Below are positions 38,395 through 52,009 of a stretch of 64,000 nucleotides of DNA, in pieces. Position numbers and translations under genes: made by a program. Every line of letters starts with the position of its first letter. The first letter of the stretch is position 1. Source of the stretch: Podarcis liolepis (taxonomy: Eukaryota). Where the stretch lies: NCBI GenBank assembly GCA_965112155.1, contig OZ218100.1, one strand, 5' to 3'. The notes beneath the pieces were generated by a model, which was not told where the DNA came from, did not search any database, and was given only the letters and a program-made list of their open reading frames with translations.

Positions 38395-38566
38395 CTAGCT
38401 CAGTGGTAGAGCATCTGCTTTGCATGCAGACAGTCCCAGGTTCAATCCCCAGTGTCTCTAGCTAAAACCCCAGAGAGCTACTGGCAGTCTGTGTGGAGTA
38501 GACAAAAAACACTGAGATAGATGGAGCAATGGTCTGAGTCCATATAAGGCAGCTTTCTATGTGCTA
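38395..38566 (+). mobile_element. tRNA-derived squamate SINE (Squam-like)
   Basis: A box tagctcagtggtagagc, B box ggttcaatccc, tail gatggagcaatggtctgag..tataaggcagc; related copies at ~40779-40940 and ~60090-60258. Confidence 0.75.
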
Positions 38567-39515
38567 CCTATTTTTATCTCTCTGCAGATGAGGATTTTTA
38601 ATGTTTGATTTTTCACACCAACTGACTACACCCACATCTTCTGTTTAGTTACTTTTTCTTCTTCCCCCTTTTCTCCTTTATTAGGTACGGTATATTCCTT
38701 TTCCTCTTGAAAGAGTATTGGTCTAGAGTAGGAGTGAGCCGCAAAGAGTTGGTTGCCTCTCAGCCAGGTTGCATTCTCCTAAAACCAATTAAAGCTGCCC
38801 GAGATTAGTCCTGCATTCCTGTACTCCTATGGGAGAAAACCCTAGCATCTGCCTAAGAGATAAGGTCTCGCAAGGAATGCTGTGTGCCTTATGAATGTCT
38901 AAGGGGCACCAAGGCTAGTGCTTGTTAGAAAGTCATGTCCTTTGACCTGACAACCCTTTCTCTTAATCCTTGGCTAATTTTGGGCCACTTGGGGCTGTAA
39001 AAGGAGTATACAGCACATGTTCAAAGGCACTCATTATCAACCTTGAATATATATATTATATAAAACACCTATTTTTTTGTATCTTTTACTTATCCAAACT
39101 ATAGGCCAGGTGGAGTTTTTATAAGGGCAGTTTCTTTTTGAGGAGGAGAGGGGCTTAAGACTTGTGATGTGCTGTTTGTTCTGAATAAATTGCTTATTCA
39201 TAAATGCAGTGGCTGAACAGTTGGGTAGAAAGCATGGATCCATCATCCAGGGGATCCATGATCAGGATCTCCCACTTTTTAAAAGCTAACCACAGCCATG
39301 GTTTCCTCATATTAAATTTGTCCTATCTGAAGCTGTGATTTCCCCTTATTTGCCGCTGTGGGGCAAAGTATAGTGTTGTGTGGTAGATTTTAATCACCTC
39401 AACCATCAAGATAATTTTTGGGAGCCAGGAACCTCTTGGCAAATAAAGACTGGCGTTAAAACAAATTTCCCTAGTTTGCACCAGCTGATACGTAGAAAGC
39501 CTATTGTCCACCATC

Positions 39516-39839
39516 CATAGGCGCCAACTCTAAGAGGCCCAGGTCCCTTCCCGCCCCCCATGCTGAGAACAATTAGGAGCGGAGGAGGCTGAGTCCACAA
39601 CTGAGCACAGTGCAGCTTCACTGGCTGGTGGCTCATCTTCCTCCTGCTGCTGTGGAGAGGAAGGAGGGGGACAGCAGGCTTGGGCCAGTAGTGGCAACAG
39701 GAGGAGGAGGCCAAGTGCCACAGAGAAGGAGCCACTGAAGCTGTGCTGCCACTGCATTCAGCCCCATCCCCTGGCTACTCCCTGCATCACGTGAATGTCA
39801 TTGCTTCCCTGCAATCTTCTGCTCAAGTTGGTGCCTCTG
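39516..39839. mobile_element. hAT MITE
   Basis: TIR cataggcgccaact / agttggtgcctctg; perfect TSD ccaccatc. Confidence 0.85.
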
Positions 39840-39852
39840 CCACCATCAAGTA

Positions 39853-40083
39853 CAGTGGTACCTCGGGTTAAGAACTTAATTCATTCTGGAGGTCTGTTCT
39901 TAACCTGAAACTGTTCTTAACCTGAGGTACCACTTTAGCCAATGGGGCCTCCCGCCACAGCAGCACAATTTCTGTTCTCATCCTGAAGCAAAGTTCTTAA
40001 CCCGAGGTACTATTTCTGGATTAGCAGAGTCTGTAACCTGAAGCGTCTGTAACCTGAAGTGTCTGTAACCCAAGGTACCACTG
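39853..40083. mobile_element. Tigger/pogo-like MITE
   Basis: Same family as 25199; TA-flanked. Confidence 0.9.
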
Positions 40084-41989
40084 TACCAAGCTGAACAAAA
40101 ATCTAAACAGAGAGTGTGTTATTTTTGCATGGCCCACGAGCATATTCACAATAATATTCATTATGCACAATTATTGCTTTATATGATCCAGAACTAAGGC
40201 CCCAATGCAATGTGGCTCAAATTTATTTTCACTTGTAGAGGTAACTACATCTATGTTTACTTTTTGTTTTGCTGTTTGGGGATTTTTAAATTTTGTTTTC
40301 CCAAAATAAAAATGGCTAAAGAGAAGCAAAAATTAATCTTCTCTTGTGCACTGTTCTGAGCCCTGCAACATGTCCAAGAACAGTTCATTCAAGCTGGGCC
40401 AAGTGCGAAAGAAGAGCCACTCAGATTATCAGGAGAAGGGAGGCATTGTAATGAGATGATTCAAAACTTGTTTAGCCAGCCAAAAGCAATTTCAGAGTAG
40501 TCAAGAGTGTGCTTTTAAATAAGCAATACATTGCTGTGGTACACTCAGCATGTAGTGTGCGATTGAATAAAGATGGACGCTGTTTAGATTAAGGACATAC
40601 GAGGTCCTTGGAAGCTCTGTGGATTGTTCAACAATAATCCCTGGAATCAGCTGCAGCTAGTCACCCAAGAATGACACCACTCAGATGTTCTTCAAGGCCA
40701 GGAATGGAAGTCAGTCTGGCTATGTGGAAGCAGTGGGGAGTGAATTGGAGGAGACACCTAAAAGAATGTGTTAGAGGAAGGGCTGTAGCTCCATAGCAGA
40801 GCATCTGCTGTTGAATTTTGGGGTTCAATCTCCATGGTCTTCAGATAGGAATGGAAGAGAAGCCGGTCTGGTATCCTTAGAGAGCTGTTGCGGGTCAGTG
40901 TAGACGATATTGAACAATTGTCCAGGCAAGGAGACCAACAGAACCTGGAGGAGGAAGGGGTGAGTAGCATCCAGGAGAACGCCAAGAAAAACACAGCATA
41001 ATCAACCTTTCTGGAGTGGTCTCTGGCTGGGAATAGTGGACAGAAAAGAGGAGCCCTGCTGGATCAGGCCAATGATCCATCTAGTTCAGCATCCTCACAA
41101 TGGATCTGAGTCTCCCCAAGGGCATAGCTCTGCTTTCTCCTCAATTGCTACTAGACATGATGGGTAACTGGGGGGAAAAGACACCCTGGATGTGCCAGGG
41201 AATCATGCAAAGCTACTGTTAACCTGAGCAACAATTCCATCTATATACCGCTGCACACAGAACAGGACTTCTCATTCATTTTTATGCAGTAGGTACACAT
41301 GCATGGGCTTCCCTTTGTGTGGAGGGCTATTCCTTCCATTGAGGTAAGAGATGATGCTCTTGTGGGCAGTAGAGCTCACACATGTGCACCAAAGCTTCTG
41401 CCTCTACATCCACAAGGAGTCACTGCTTTGCAGGAAAAGAGACAGGTCTGCTTGACGTTCTTTGTCTAATGTGGGCTAGAGAGAGTGGCTGAGGTAGAGA
41501 AACAAAGACATAAAAGAGGCTGAGAAGAATTCAGAAGGGCAGCCAGAAGTAGCCACATTATTTTTTATTGTTGATGCTGTCTCAATGTATAATGTCCATA
41601 CCGTCCTACTCATTGCCATCTAAGTACATCAGTCACAGGCAATACTAAGTAAACATGCTCACTACGAGCAAGGAGAACGAACAGTCAAAGTTGTATTGCA
41701 GATTTCTTTGGAATGCCTCAGGGGAAGCAATTCATAAATGAAATAAATAAATAAATAAATATGCAAATAAATAATAATTATTTGCACCACTGTTGAATAA
41801 TTTCATAAGAACAGCCCTGCTAAAGCAGACCAAAGGTTCATCTAGTTCAGCATTATGTTCTCACACTGGTCAACCAGATGCCTATGGGAAGCCCACAAGT
41901 AGCACCTGAGTACAAGCACACTCTCCCCCCAGTTGTGGTTCCCATCAACCAGTATTCAGAAGCAAAGTAACTCTGGTGTTGGAGATGAC

Positions 41990-42515
41990 TGGCATCTGTC
42001 TGTCTCTGGAGACAATGAAAGAGTTCACCTTCAGGGTTAAAGTCAAACCGTTTGAGAGTTACAGCACCTGCTGTGACTGGAGAGACCGATACAGGAGAGA
42101 CATGTTTTAATACAGCTGGGGCAGATGGAGATGTCTAGTTTTGCTGCTGCAGATGCACCATGGCATTTCCTTTTTCTGCAGACCTCCCAGCAATCATCCC
42201 TCCTCTGGTCACTGCTCTGGATACATATCCTGTCTGTCTCCAGTCACTGCAGTCGTTTGCAAGGGATTCCCACATTTGCAGACATCTTTGTAACATAGAG
42301 TTGGTCTGCCAACAGGTCTGGTGCCTGAAGCCAGCTCCCCATAGTCCTTGGAGATCCTGCCATCTTCCCTTCTGTGGACATGACCAAGACAGTGTAGATG
42401 TTGCTGAAATAGGAGTGGGAACATGCTGGGAATGTGGGTTTGGGAGAGCACATCTTTGTTTGAAACTCTGTCCTGCCATGTGATGCCCAAAATCTTCCTG
42501 ACGCAGTACATACGG
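41990..42515 (-). mobile_element. RTE-clade LINE 3' fragment
   Basis: RKILGITWQDRVSNKDVL...LGHVHR.EDGR..KD.YGELASGTRPVGRP.L.YKDVCK, followed by 3'UTR. Confidence 0.9.
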
Positions 42516-42926
42516 AAAGCTCCTGGCAAGTTTAAGTTGCCCAGGGAAAGGGGAAAAACTTTTCTTGAGCAGTTTAGTCACTCTTTTCTGAGCCTTTTCC
42601 AAGCTCTACAGTTTTCTTTGGGTACATCTGGTTTGATAGGGAATAAGAGTCTGAGTTCTACTAATAAATTTGTGGATGTTTATTCAAAAACTGCCAAGGA
42701 GTCCAAATCATTTTGTTGTTTTTTAAAGTAGTTTGTAAAAATATATGATAGACAAGGTAATGATATGTACAATTTTTAACATGCAGAGAAGAGGAATGTG
42801 TAAACAAACCAGAGACAGGAGCTGAGGGAAGCTCTTTGTGTGTGGGGGGGGGGTGGATGGGGGGAACAAAATGGGGAAAAATAATGTAATGGATTATTTG
42901 AGTTGATAATTTGTTTTGTTGAAACT

Positions 42927-42927
<1 letters not shown>

Positions 42928-42986
<59 letters not shown>
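42928..42986. repeat. (TAA)n microsatellite
   Basis: Direct reading. Confidence 0.97.
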
Positions 42987-44459
42987 GAGTCTGTGGTGCA
43001 TTTGGGTGGAGGTGATTCTGGCCTACCATTTGTGGTGTCTAATGGCCACCCCCATTAGAAATCAGACATGTTTAAAACATTCCAAATGATAGCAAGGATT
43101 AACTGAAGAAACTTCTCCCTCCAAAGAAGTCTACGTGCCCCTCTGGCTAAAGCAGCTCTCACACGTAGACTGTGATAAGAGACAGGGGCTTACACTGGTT
43201 TGTTTACACCAGGATCTAAGGTCAGCTTTAGATAACTTTGCTGAAAATGAAATAGGGGGTCTGGTCAGGAAGAGAGATGCTAACTCTGCTCAGCCTGTAA
43301 ACCTTGCGTGCCAAGACCCCGTGACCCCCCTCCTGCTCCCTAGGGAAATGAATAACGACACAGAATAAAGCATATATGTGGATTCTCTTTATTTTTCACT
43401 CCCCTAAAATCATAGCAAAACTATTCTCTCCCCCCCTCTCTCTCTCTCTCTCACACACACTGATAGAACCCTTCTGAAATAAAAAAATACTGTAATATAG
43501 TTTATACATTTTTTTCTTTAAAATTAGGCATGAGAAACAACAGGGATTACAAGGAGAACATGGTACAAACTGCACCAGTGAGCCATATGGGCAATGTAAT
43601 AACCATGGAATTGGGAGCAGAGATCACGCTTTAGAGAAAAGCTAAAGGTAGAGGGAATAACGAAATTATAATTTTCACCCCCTGAAAATTATAGCCTACA
43701 ACATTAGAAAGGTTGGGGGTGGGCTCCATATAAAAGAGCAGATTAAAACATACAGAATGAAAAGTTGACAATTAAAAACAAGAGCTCCAGCAAATGACCT
43801 TGTTTATCTCCCACTGAAGTCAAGGAACTTCTTTGTGCTTCACTGTGCCACATTGTTTGGAGTGACACCTCAGCTTTTGTAGGTATAATGGAAAGAGATG
43901 GGATGAACCCTTGAGGGAGAATAGCAGTGGTACGGATCTTTCAGGCCTAGCAGGCCAGATTTTCATAATTATGTCAGGTGACTGACATGCAGGTGGTCCT
44001 GCCCACCTGCCAAAATTGTCCCATGGATGTGGTAGGAGATAGTGAACAAGTAGGATTAAACACCCCACATTTGAATTCTGCTTTCTGCAGGGTTCTGGAG
44101 CATGAGAGAGTTTCTTGTGAGGATGTCTCTTATACACTCGTACCAAGCAAGATTAAAGTCCCTGCACTTCAGCAGATGGGCAGGGTGTTCAATCCTGCAG
44201 GCTTCAGGTAAGTTAAAGAGTTCCTTGTATGAAACACTCTCACACACCCAAAACCTGCAGGTGTGTGTGGAACTCAGTCTCGCTTTCTGCAGGAATCAGC
44301 TGTGTGAGCAGCCAGTCTAGCTGCATCTCTACCTGCCCCACAGGTGACATTACCTATACGACATCAGGTGTGGGTCAGGTGGGCATGGTTTGGGGGAAAT
44401 GGACTGGTGAACCAAATAGGGAAGACTGGTGGGCCAGAAGTTTTCCACCCCTGCATTTT

Positions 44460-44810
44460 AAAGGTAAAGGGACCCCTGACCATTAGGTCCAGTCGTGACC
44501 GACTCATGGGTTGCGGCGCTCATCTCGCTTTATTGGCCGAGGGAGCCGGCGTACAGCTTCCGGGTCATGTGGCCAGCATGACTAAGCCGCTTCTGGCAAA
44601 CCAGAGCAGCGCATGGAAACGCCGTTTACCTTCCCGCCGGAGCGGTATCTATTTATCTACTTGCACTTTGAGGTGCTTTCGAACTGCTAGCTTGGCAGGA
44701 GCAGGGACCGAGCAATGGGAGCTCACCCCGTCGAGGGGATTCGAACCGCCAACCTTCCGATTGGCAAGTTCTAGGCTCTGTGGTTTAACCCACAGCGCCA
44801 CCCGTGTCCC
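44460..44810 (-). mobile_element. Full-length Sauria SINE
   Basis: Reverse complement of the 26282 family; TSD ctgcatttt at 44451-59 and 44811-19. Confidence 0.95.
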
Positions 44811-46023
44811 CTGCATTTTGGAGTCCAGCTAATCTCTGTTCCTTTTCTGCATGCCCCCACTACAACCAAGTTTCTTTTATTGTGCAGGTGACGTTTTGCC
44901 AGCCTGATTCTTTTACGTTCATGTGATGTGCTGCTCTGCCAGCATAATGGGATTTGGGATCACTTTTGCGCTGCACAGTGAAAAGGTTTGCACTATTAGA
45001 TACTGTGCTACACCAGCAGTATACTTTTTGAAATATTGAAAGATTTGTGAGATAGCATACAATTTAACAAATAGAAATGATGATAGAAAAAATACAATAT
45101 TTGATATTTTAATTTCCCATTTATCATAACAAACATAAAAAACTAATAACCTTAGGACTTTAGGACTCAATCTCACTGATCAAATTTCAGTTGATTAATC
45201 TATCAATAATTAAGTCTTAGTATTTTGGCATGCTTTGGTCGCTTCTTCCATGTATGAAAGAGACACAGAAATGTTTCACTTTACTAAATTTATGAAGGCA
45301 GAGTTACTTTCATAAGTGGGATGCAGGTGATTTGAAACAGGTAAATTCTATTGCTATGAAGACTCAAATAGGTAGTTTTTAAGATAATGCTCAGATTTCT
45401 GGGCCTCCGGCCTTTCTCTTATGAGAGAGTCATTCCGTCCAAGATGATTACTAGAACAAGAATTACTAATTGAATATACGGAGACTTAACATACCCTATC
45501 TCAAGGAAATGAAAAGAGTGTAATGGTTTTGTTTTTTTGCTTTTGGAGCAAAAAATATGTAGGCCTAATGAATTCAAAGAATATGTGGCCTCCAAAGGAT
45601 TAGCTAGAAGATTGTCATTTCAAGGACAAAGGAAATCTTAGTGGAAACAGAGTGATTCAAACAAAACTACTGAACCGTCGCTGGAGAGTCCTGAGCAGCC
45701 CTGTGCATACTTACAGGTCACGGGATCATTTATTGACTATTACACCTTCCTCCAAACAGAGATTTCATTTCAGACTTGATTTCATCAGCCACGGTCCTTG
45801 AACTGTGCTTCTGTCAATATAAACAACCCTTTAAACTGTTAATTTTTGCTCACTGGAAAACCTTTAAGGGAATTCTTACTTTTAAAGGATAACAACCATT
45901 TGAAGACTTTATGTTTCACTACATGTTTTTTTATAATAATTTTTATTAGTTTTCAATTACAATCCAATAATAGCCTCATTATAACATTACCGATTTATAA
46001 TACAATTACTCACACTTCAAAAC

Positions 46024-46838
46024 GACCTTGACAGATTAGAGAACTGGGCAAAAACAAACAAGATGAATTTTAACAGGGAGAAATGTAAAGTATTGCACTT
46101 GGGCAAAAAAAAATGAGAGGCACAAATACAAGATGGGTGACACCTGGCTTGAGAGCAGTACATGTGAAAAGGATCTAGGAGTCTTGGTTGACCACAAACT
46201 TGACATGAGCCAACAGTGTGACGCGGCAGCTAAAAAAGCCAATGCAATTCTGGGCTGCATCAATAGGAGTATAGCATCTAGATCAAGGGAAGTAATAGTG
46301 CCACTGTATTCTGCTCTGGTCAGACCTCACCTGGAGTACTGTGTCCAGTTCTGGGCACCACAGTTCAAGAAGGACACTGACAAACTGGAACGTGTCCAGA
46401 GGAGGGCAACCAAAATGGTCAAAGGCCTGGAAACGATGCCTTATGAGGAACGGTTAAGGGAGCTGGGCATGTTTAGCCTGGAGAAGAGGAGGTTAAGGGG
46501 TGATATGATAGCCATGTTCAAATATAAAAAAGGATGTCACATAGAGGAGGGAGAAAGGTTGTTTTCTGCTGCTCCAGAGAAGCGGACACGGAGCAATGGA
46601 TCCAAACTACAAGAAAGAAGATTCCACCTAAACATTAGGAAGAACTTCCTGACAGTAAGAGCTGTTTGACAGTGGAATTTGCTGCCAAGGAGTGTGGTGG
46701 AGTTTCCTACTTTGGAGGTCTTTAAGCAGAGGCTTGACAACCATATGTCAGGAGTGCTCTGATGGTGTTTCCTGCTTGGCAGGGGGTTGGACTCGATGGC
46801 CCTTGTGGTCTATTCCAACTCTATGATTCTATGATTCT
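46024..46838 (+). mobile_element. 5'-truncated young CR1 LINE (ORF2 C-terminus and 3' tail)
   Basis: EKDLGVLVD...[20 protein letters not shown]...[11 protein letters not shown]; (ATTCTATG)n tail; one +1 A frameshift in the A-run at ~46105-46113. Confidence 0.96.
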
Positions 46839-46841
46839 AAT

Positions 46842-46915
46842 AAGGTAAAAAGTTAAAGGACCGCTGGACGGATAAGCCCAGTCAAAGGCGACTATGGATT
46901 TGAGGTGCTCATCTC
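46842..46915 (-). mobile_element. Sauria SINE 3' fragment
   Basis: aaggtaaa..aaaggacc..ccagtc...gctcatctc. Confidence 0.7.
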
Positions 46916-49900
46916 ACAAATTGTTCAAATACCAAATTATATAAAGTGGCACCCCGCATGCTAGAATTTATCGCTTGATGATTTTCTTTATTTCTACGTT
47001 CCAAAATCTTATTAATTTCAATTACATTCCGGTCATAATAATAATCCCTTATACAACCACTGCAAAATTAATAACTTCTATTCATGTTGACACATTAAAT
47101 GATTTATATATATAAAAAGTTCAGGGTGTCAGGAATTTTACTTTTTGAAATATGGCAACCCTATTTATTATGATAATTTATTATATTTGTATACTGACCT
47201 ACATATCTCAAGCCCATACACAACATGACATTACAATATAAAAGCCACAAAATACATAGTAAAAAATAAGAACAACAAACCAATAATAACCCCCCTCCCA
47301 CAGCACATTTATGTTAACCTTGTCTTGAAGAAATCCTTGATGCTTGTGGATGTTCATACACTCTTACTTTATATCCTTGTGTCTTGGGAACTAGCAGATG
47401 GACAATAAAAGTGAGGTCTGTGAGACCTTGTGGTGGCTAAGAAACATTTGCTGCAAAGCTGGAAGGTCAAACACCCATGATCCACAACTCAGTGCTCTGA
47501 AGATCTCACTGCGCTTTTTACCTTTGAAAGAAAGAAAGAAAAGTCTTATAATAATCAATCTTGATTACTTATTTAGACAGATGGACTGCTTATATTCATC
47601 TATGCATTTAAATCAGGATTGACAGAATATATTCATTGTGAGGGTCAGCTGGCAATGTTTTTATTTCCTCCCTCACTTCCCTTTCTTATATTTACAAATA
47701 TAATTTGTTAAAATAAACAGATATTAAGGATATTTTGGATACTTTTTTTTGCCATAATTCACTCACTCACTCATTCATTCATTCACTTACAGCAACATTC
47801 AAAAACAAATGAGAACATAAAATAAATAATAATATAAATAATAATATAACTTACACAGTACAGCTCAGATCAAATGAATATGGTATCCCAACTATGCAGA
47901 CAGATTGAAAGGCCTGTACAAATAGATGAGATTTGAGACTTGGCAGCAGGTGACCTTCTGCCAAAGGGTGTTCTGGAAACCTCGTGCTGCCTACCTCTAC
48001 GTCAACAACAGCAAAAAGTAAACTCACATTAGTTTATTGTAATGTGTAAATTCAGTTTATTTGTATGTAATTTATAGAGCATAGCTTCCATGACTACAGT
48101 GTTGTTTTGCCTTCACTAAAACCCTGTGATGTAGGTCAAGCTGAGGCTATCCACCATGGGTAGGAAAAAATAATCACCTTGAAGATATCTGGTTCTATGA
48201 ATCCACTCAAATAAAATATTAAACACCATGTCATTGACCATTCTGTCTTTCCTTTTATGCGTGCTGAGACAGGGATTGTAAAAAAACAAAAAAAGTGCAT
48301 TTGGCATGGGGGTGAGGGGCTAGGACCTAGGTGATTCTCAGCCGGGAATGTTTCCAGTAAGTAATTGAATATGGTAATCTAATTTACAGCCACTCAGGCA
48401 CCGCTTTGCACAAATTAGGCAGTATTATACCACTGTTAATGAGATTTCCACCCTCCCTATCATTCTTTGTTACAGCAGCAGCATCATAATCAAACTGAAA
48501 TCAAATGACTTCCCTGAAGTCAAAGTGATTGCATAGACAGCAGGCCCCTATGGGCAACTTATTAGCATCCGGTGTTGTATTTCACATTTTCACAAGTTTC
48601 AGGTTGGCCATTCTCTTTATGAGGGAGAGAAAAATAAGAGTACCCCAGATTTATTTTATTTACAAATGTACAAGTTGGAGTAGGGTGAGGCAGGCACACA
48701 GAAAGGCCCAAATCACATGATTATTGCAAACCATTATAATGAACCTAGGAATGAGTTTTGAGGCGAAGTGCTTGCCCCCTGTTCCATCATTCACTTGCTT
48801 TGGCATGAGGATTCTGGCTTGTATTAAGCTAATAGTTCCACAGTTCAGGCACCATAGCTGTCAACATTTTCCCGTTTTTAAGGGAAATTCCCTTATTCTG
48901 AATAGCATTCCTCGCAAGAAAAGGGAAAAGTTGACAGCTATGACATTGGGAACCTCTTAGAACATAGACAGCTGCTTCAGGACCCATCTGTGATACACAT
49001 TTAAAGTAGTATCATACCACTTTCACGACTTCCCCTAAAGGTTTGTGGGAACTGTAGTTTGTTTGGGGTGCAGATAGTTCTTAGGAGATCCTACAGAGCT
49101 ACAATCCTCCGAGTTTCATAGGAAGAGGGATTGCCTGTTAAAACATTCTGGGAAATGAAGCTCTGTATACAGCAGATTTATCAGTACAATAACATATCAC
49201 TGGTGTTGCCCAAATGCCCAGGAAAACAAAAACATCTTTACTTAGTGCCAAAACAATGACAGTGTTGGCATCAGTAGAGAGCATTCCATAAACAAGCAGT
49301 TCTTGCTCCCATCTAGTGCAGTTCCTTTCTTACAGAAAAGCTGGTTTTGCTAATGAAACCATGGCCCATACTTGGTGGTACATAGCTTTGATGACATCAC
49401 TAGACAAGTTCCTTCTGTGCCTAGCTACACCAATCTGTACTCTCCATTTTCAAGTTGTCCACTATATTTACCTTTGCAATTGCTGTCTATTTTATAGATT
49501 CCTCTTCATACCATTAGTAATATTCATCAACTTGAGCTCATCAAATTCTGCCTCAGCAGGGGGTTTGGCTCGATGACCTTGAAAGTCCCTTCCAAACCTA
49601 TATAGTTATATGAAAATCCAATGGAAGCAAATGGCCTCAGATACTATTTAATTTGGGCGACAACATTAGGGTTTTGGAAGGCAAAATTAAGTCTCAAGCG
49701 GCAAGTTTTGTCTTACCAAGGGAATTGGAAAGCTCTCGCTCCTTGGCCATTATCTACGTCTTCCCAGACTTTTCCCTGATTTTTTTAGATGAGTATAAAA
49801 CATGATTGCAGTGACTTAGGGTGGTCTGGATTTCTGCCTGGGGTTATTCAGTTGGGTCATTTATGAACCTTTGAAGGGAATACTTTCCCCATTAACTTTA

Positions 49901-52009
49901 ATTAACACTTTATGCAAAAGTACTTCCTTTGGAGAATATAATTTTTTATTAAAAAGGGTTTGAGAAGAATGATCTGCTATGGTTGCAACGTATACAGAAT
50001 AATAAATAAAGGTGGGAATCATCATAATCAGTTGTGCTTATTTATAGATATAATTCTGCTGCCAAGTAATCAGAGAAAAGGAAATTGATATTACATCATT
50101 CTCTGCAACCTGGACACAGGAAAATAGCACTTCATCACTGTCGAAATCTGGCAGGAGTGATGGGAATAATAACAAACTATAATATAATTTTTACAGGTCC
50201 CTCCTTTTATTATATAACAGAATTATTCAGCATCAGCTATACTTACACAAGCTATTTTTGCACACATGTTATCATTACTGCAAAAATAGAAATGAATGAC
50301 TTGTTACTCCACTGTTTTTCTCATGCCGTTTTGTTAAATCACTTTGTAAGATAATATTTTCTTGGCTCGCCCTTTAGCAGATGAAGAGAAGAAAACAAGG
50401 AGGTGGAAATCATTTAGTTATTTTCACACATTATTATTTTTCTCTAGACCCCCTATTCCAGCAGCAATACTGTGTTCTTCCCATAGGAACTGGCCATCAA
50501 AATAGGACAGCATGTTGGGTAATCCCTCTAACACTTTTGCCAGAGCAATAATTGGTTGGATTTACCCATCACAAAACTTGGAAGTCCTGCTGCAGAAGGT
50601 TGTGGAGAACCTGAGTGTATGTGTTTGTGTTTGTACATGCACAGACATCTCTGTAAAAGTGTGTATGTAACGTTTGCATATGACATATGCACACTTGTAT
50701 GAAGTAGTCTTGCCTTGAGTTAGCCCATCAGTCTGCCTAGCCCAGCGTTGTCTTCTCCAGGCTCTCCCATTGATCATTTTAAATGGAGGTGCCAGAGATT
50801 GAACCTGGGGTCATCTGCAAGCACAGGTCACGCTACTGGGCTATGATACCCAAAGAAGGATGGATGCTGTATGGGAGGAGATCCATAAAGAGATCTACTG
50901 AGCCAAAAGTGAAAGAGTCCTTTCAGAAGAGAGATGACAGGGCTGGAAAATGGGTTCCCAGTTGCGCGCACACCAGAGTTGAGTGTGAAAGGAAGCCATC
51001 TTAATTTTGGGAGCTTGGTGAGATGCAGTGCTGGACCACTGCAAAGAAGAATAACAATGGGTAGCCTCTCTAAGTATGTTACAGTCTCTAATGATTTGGT
51101 AAAAATGGACAGTTTTGGGTGGAATAAAATAGACTATTAGACATGGGTATGCCACCTCCATTAAAAAGGGCAGGATGAAGCTGGCGAGTCCCCAACCAAG
51201 GCTTGGCAAGTGGATGTTTCAGCAGGCAAGTGGCCACTAGCAGGGGGTCAACATAAAAAGCTGGGCAGAGTTTGGGAAAGGAAGCAGCTGGGAGCAGATA
51301 ATAGGGGAAATGCTCAATAAACACATGCTGTTCACTCTCAGAACCTATTTCCGTTTATTTCTCCCCCAGGCCACTGATTATTTATATAAAAGCAGCAAAC
51401 TCTGAGGCCCTCTGATGAAAGACTTTTTTGTTTCAGACCTGGCTATGTACTAATGATTCACACAACAGGCTGTTGATAACCCAAAATTATTCACTGATAA
51501 CAGATCTCAAAATGGCGGCGGCGGTGGGGAGAGACATAAAGGCATGACAGGGATAGGTAAGGGTTCCTGAGAGACTTATTCTCATGGCCTGCTGGAGCAT
51601 TTTGTGCCAATTACAGGTTATGAGGTGCTAATCTTTTCCTTTATTTGAAGTTTGGCTGGCCCCTGAAGTAATTAATCTCCCTGGCCAAGTCTGTCAGCAT
51701 TCAGCTGACAACCTGCTTGCCCCAGTTTCATTCCACTGCCCAAACTGAGACAAGTGTCCAGTCCTAAACAACTGACATGGAGGTTGTGTGTTGTTGTGCG
51801 TCTTTCCCCCTTTTGCTCCCTGTATATTTTAAACTTTATTTCAAATAAATTTCCATGTAGAGAGGAAGTCATTTTCTCTCATGTCAGAATGTAGATTATT
51901 TGTACTACATCGCTTTCAATGCCATTGTTTAATATAACAGACTTCCTTGTAGATTAGAATAAAATCTGTTAATTTAGATTAATTTTAATTTGCATGCTTT
52001 CATTCTTTT

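Noticed and set aside
42661-43029. Poly-Leu ORF (also poly-ER/SL ORFs at 61009-61475 and poly-V/T at ~58780)
   Set aside because: Translations of microsatellites.
46133-46669. 178-aa ORF as a host gene
   Set aside because: C-terminus of CR1 ORF2 in a truncated retrotransposon.
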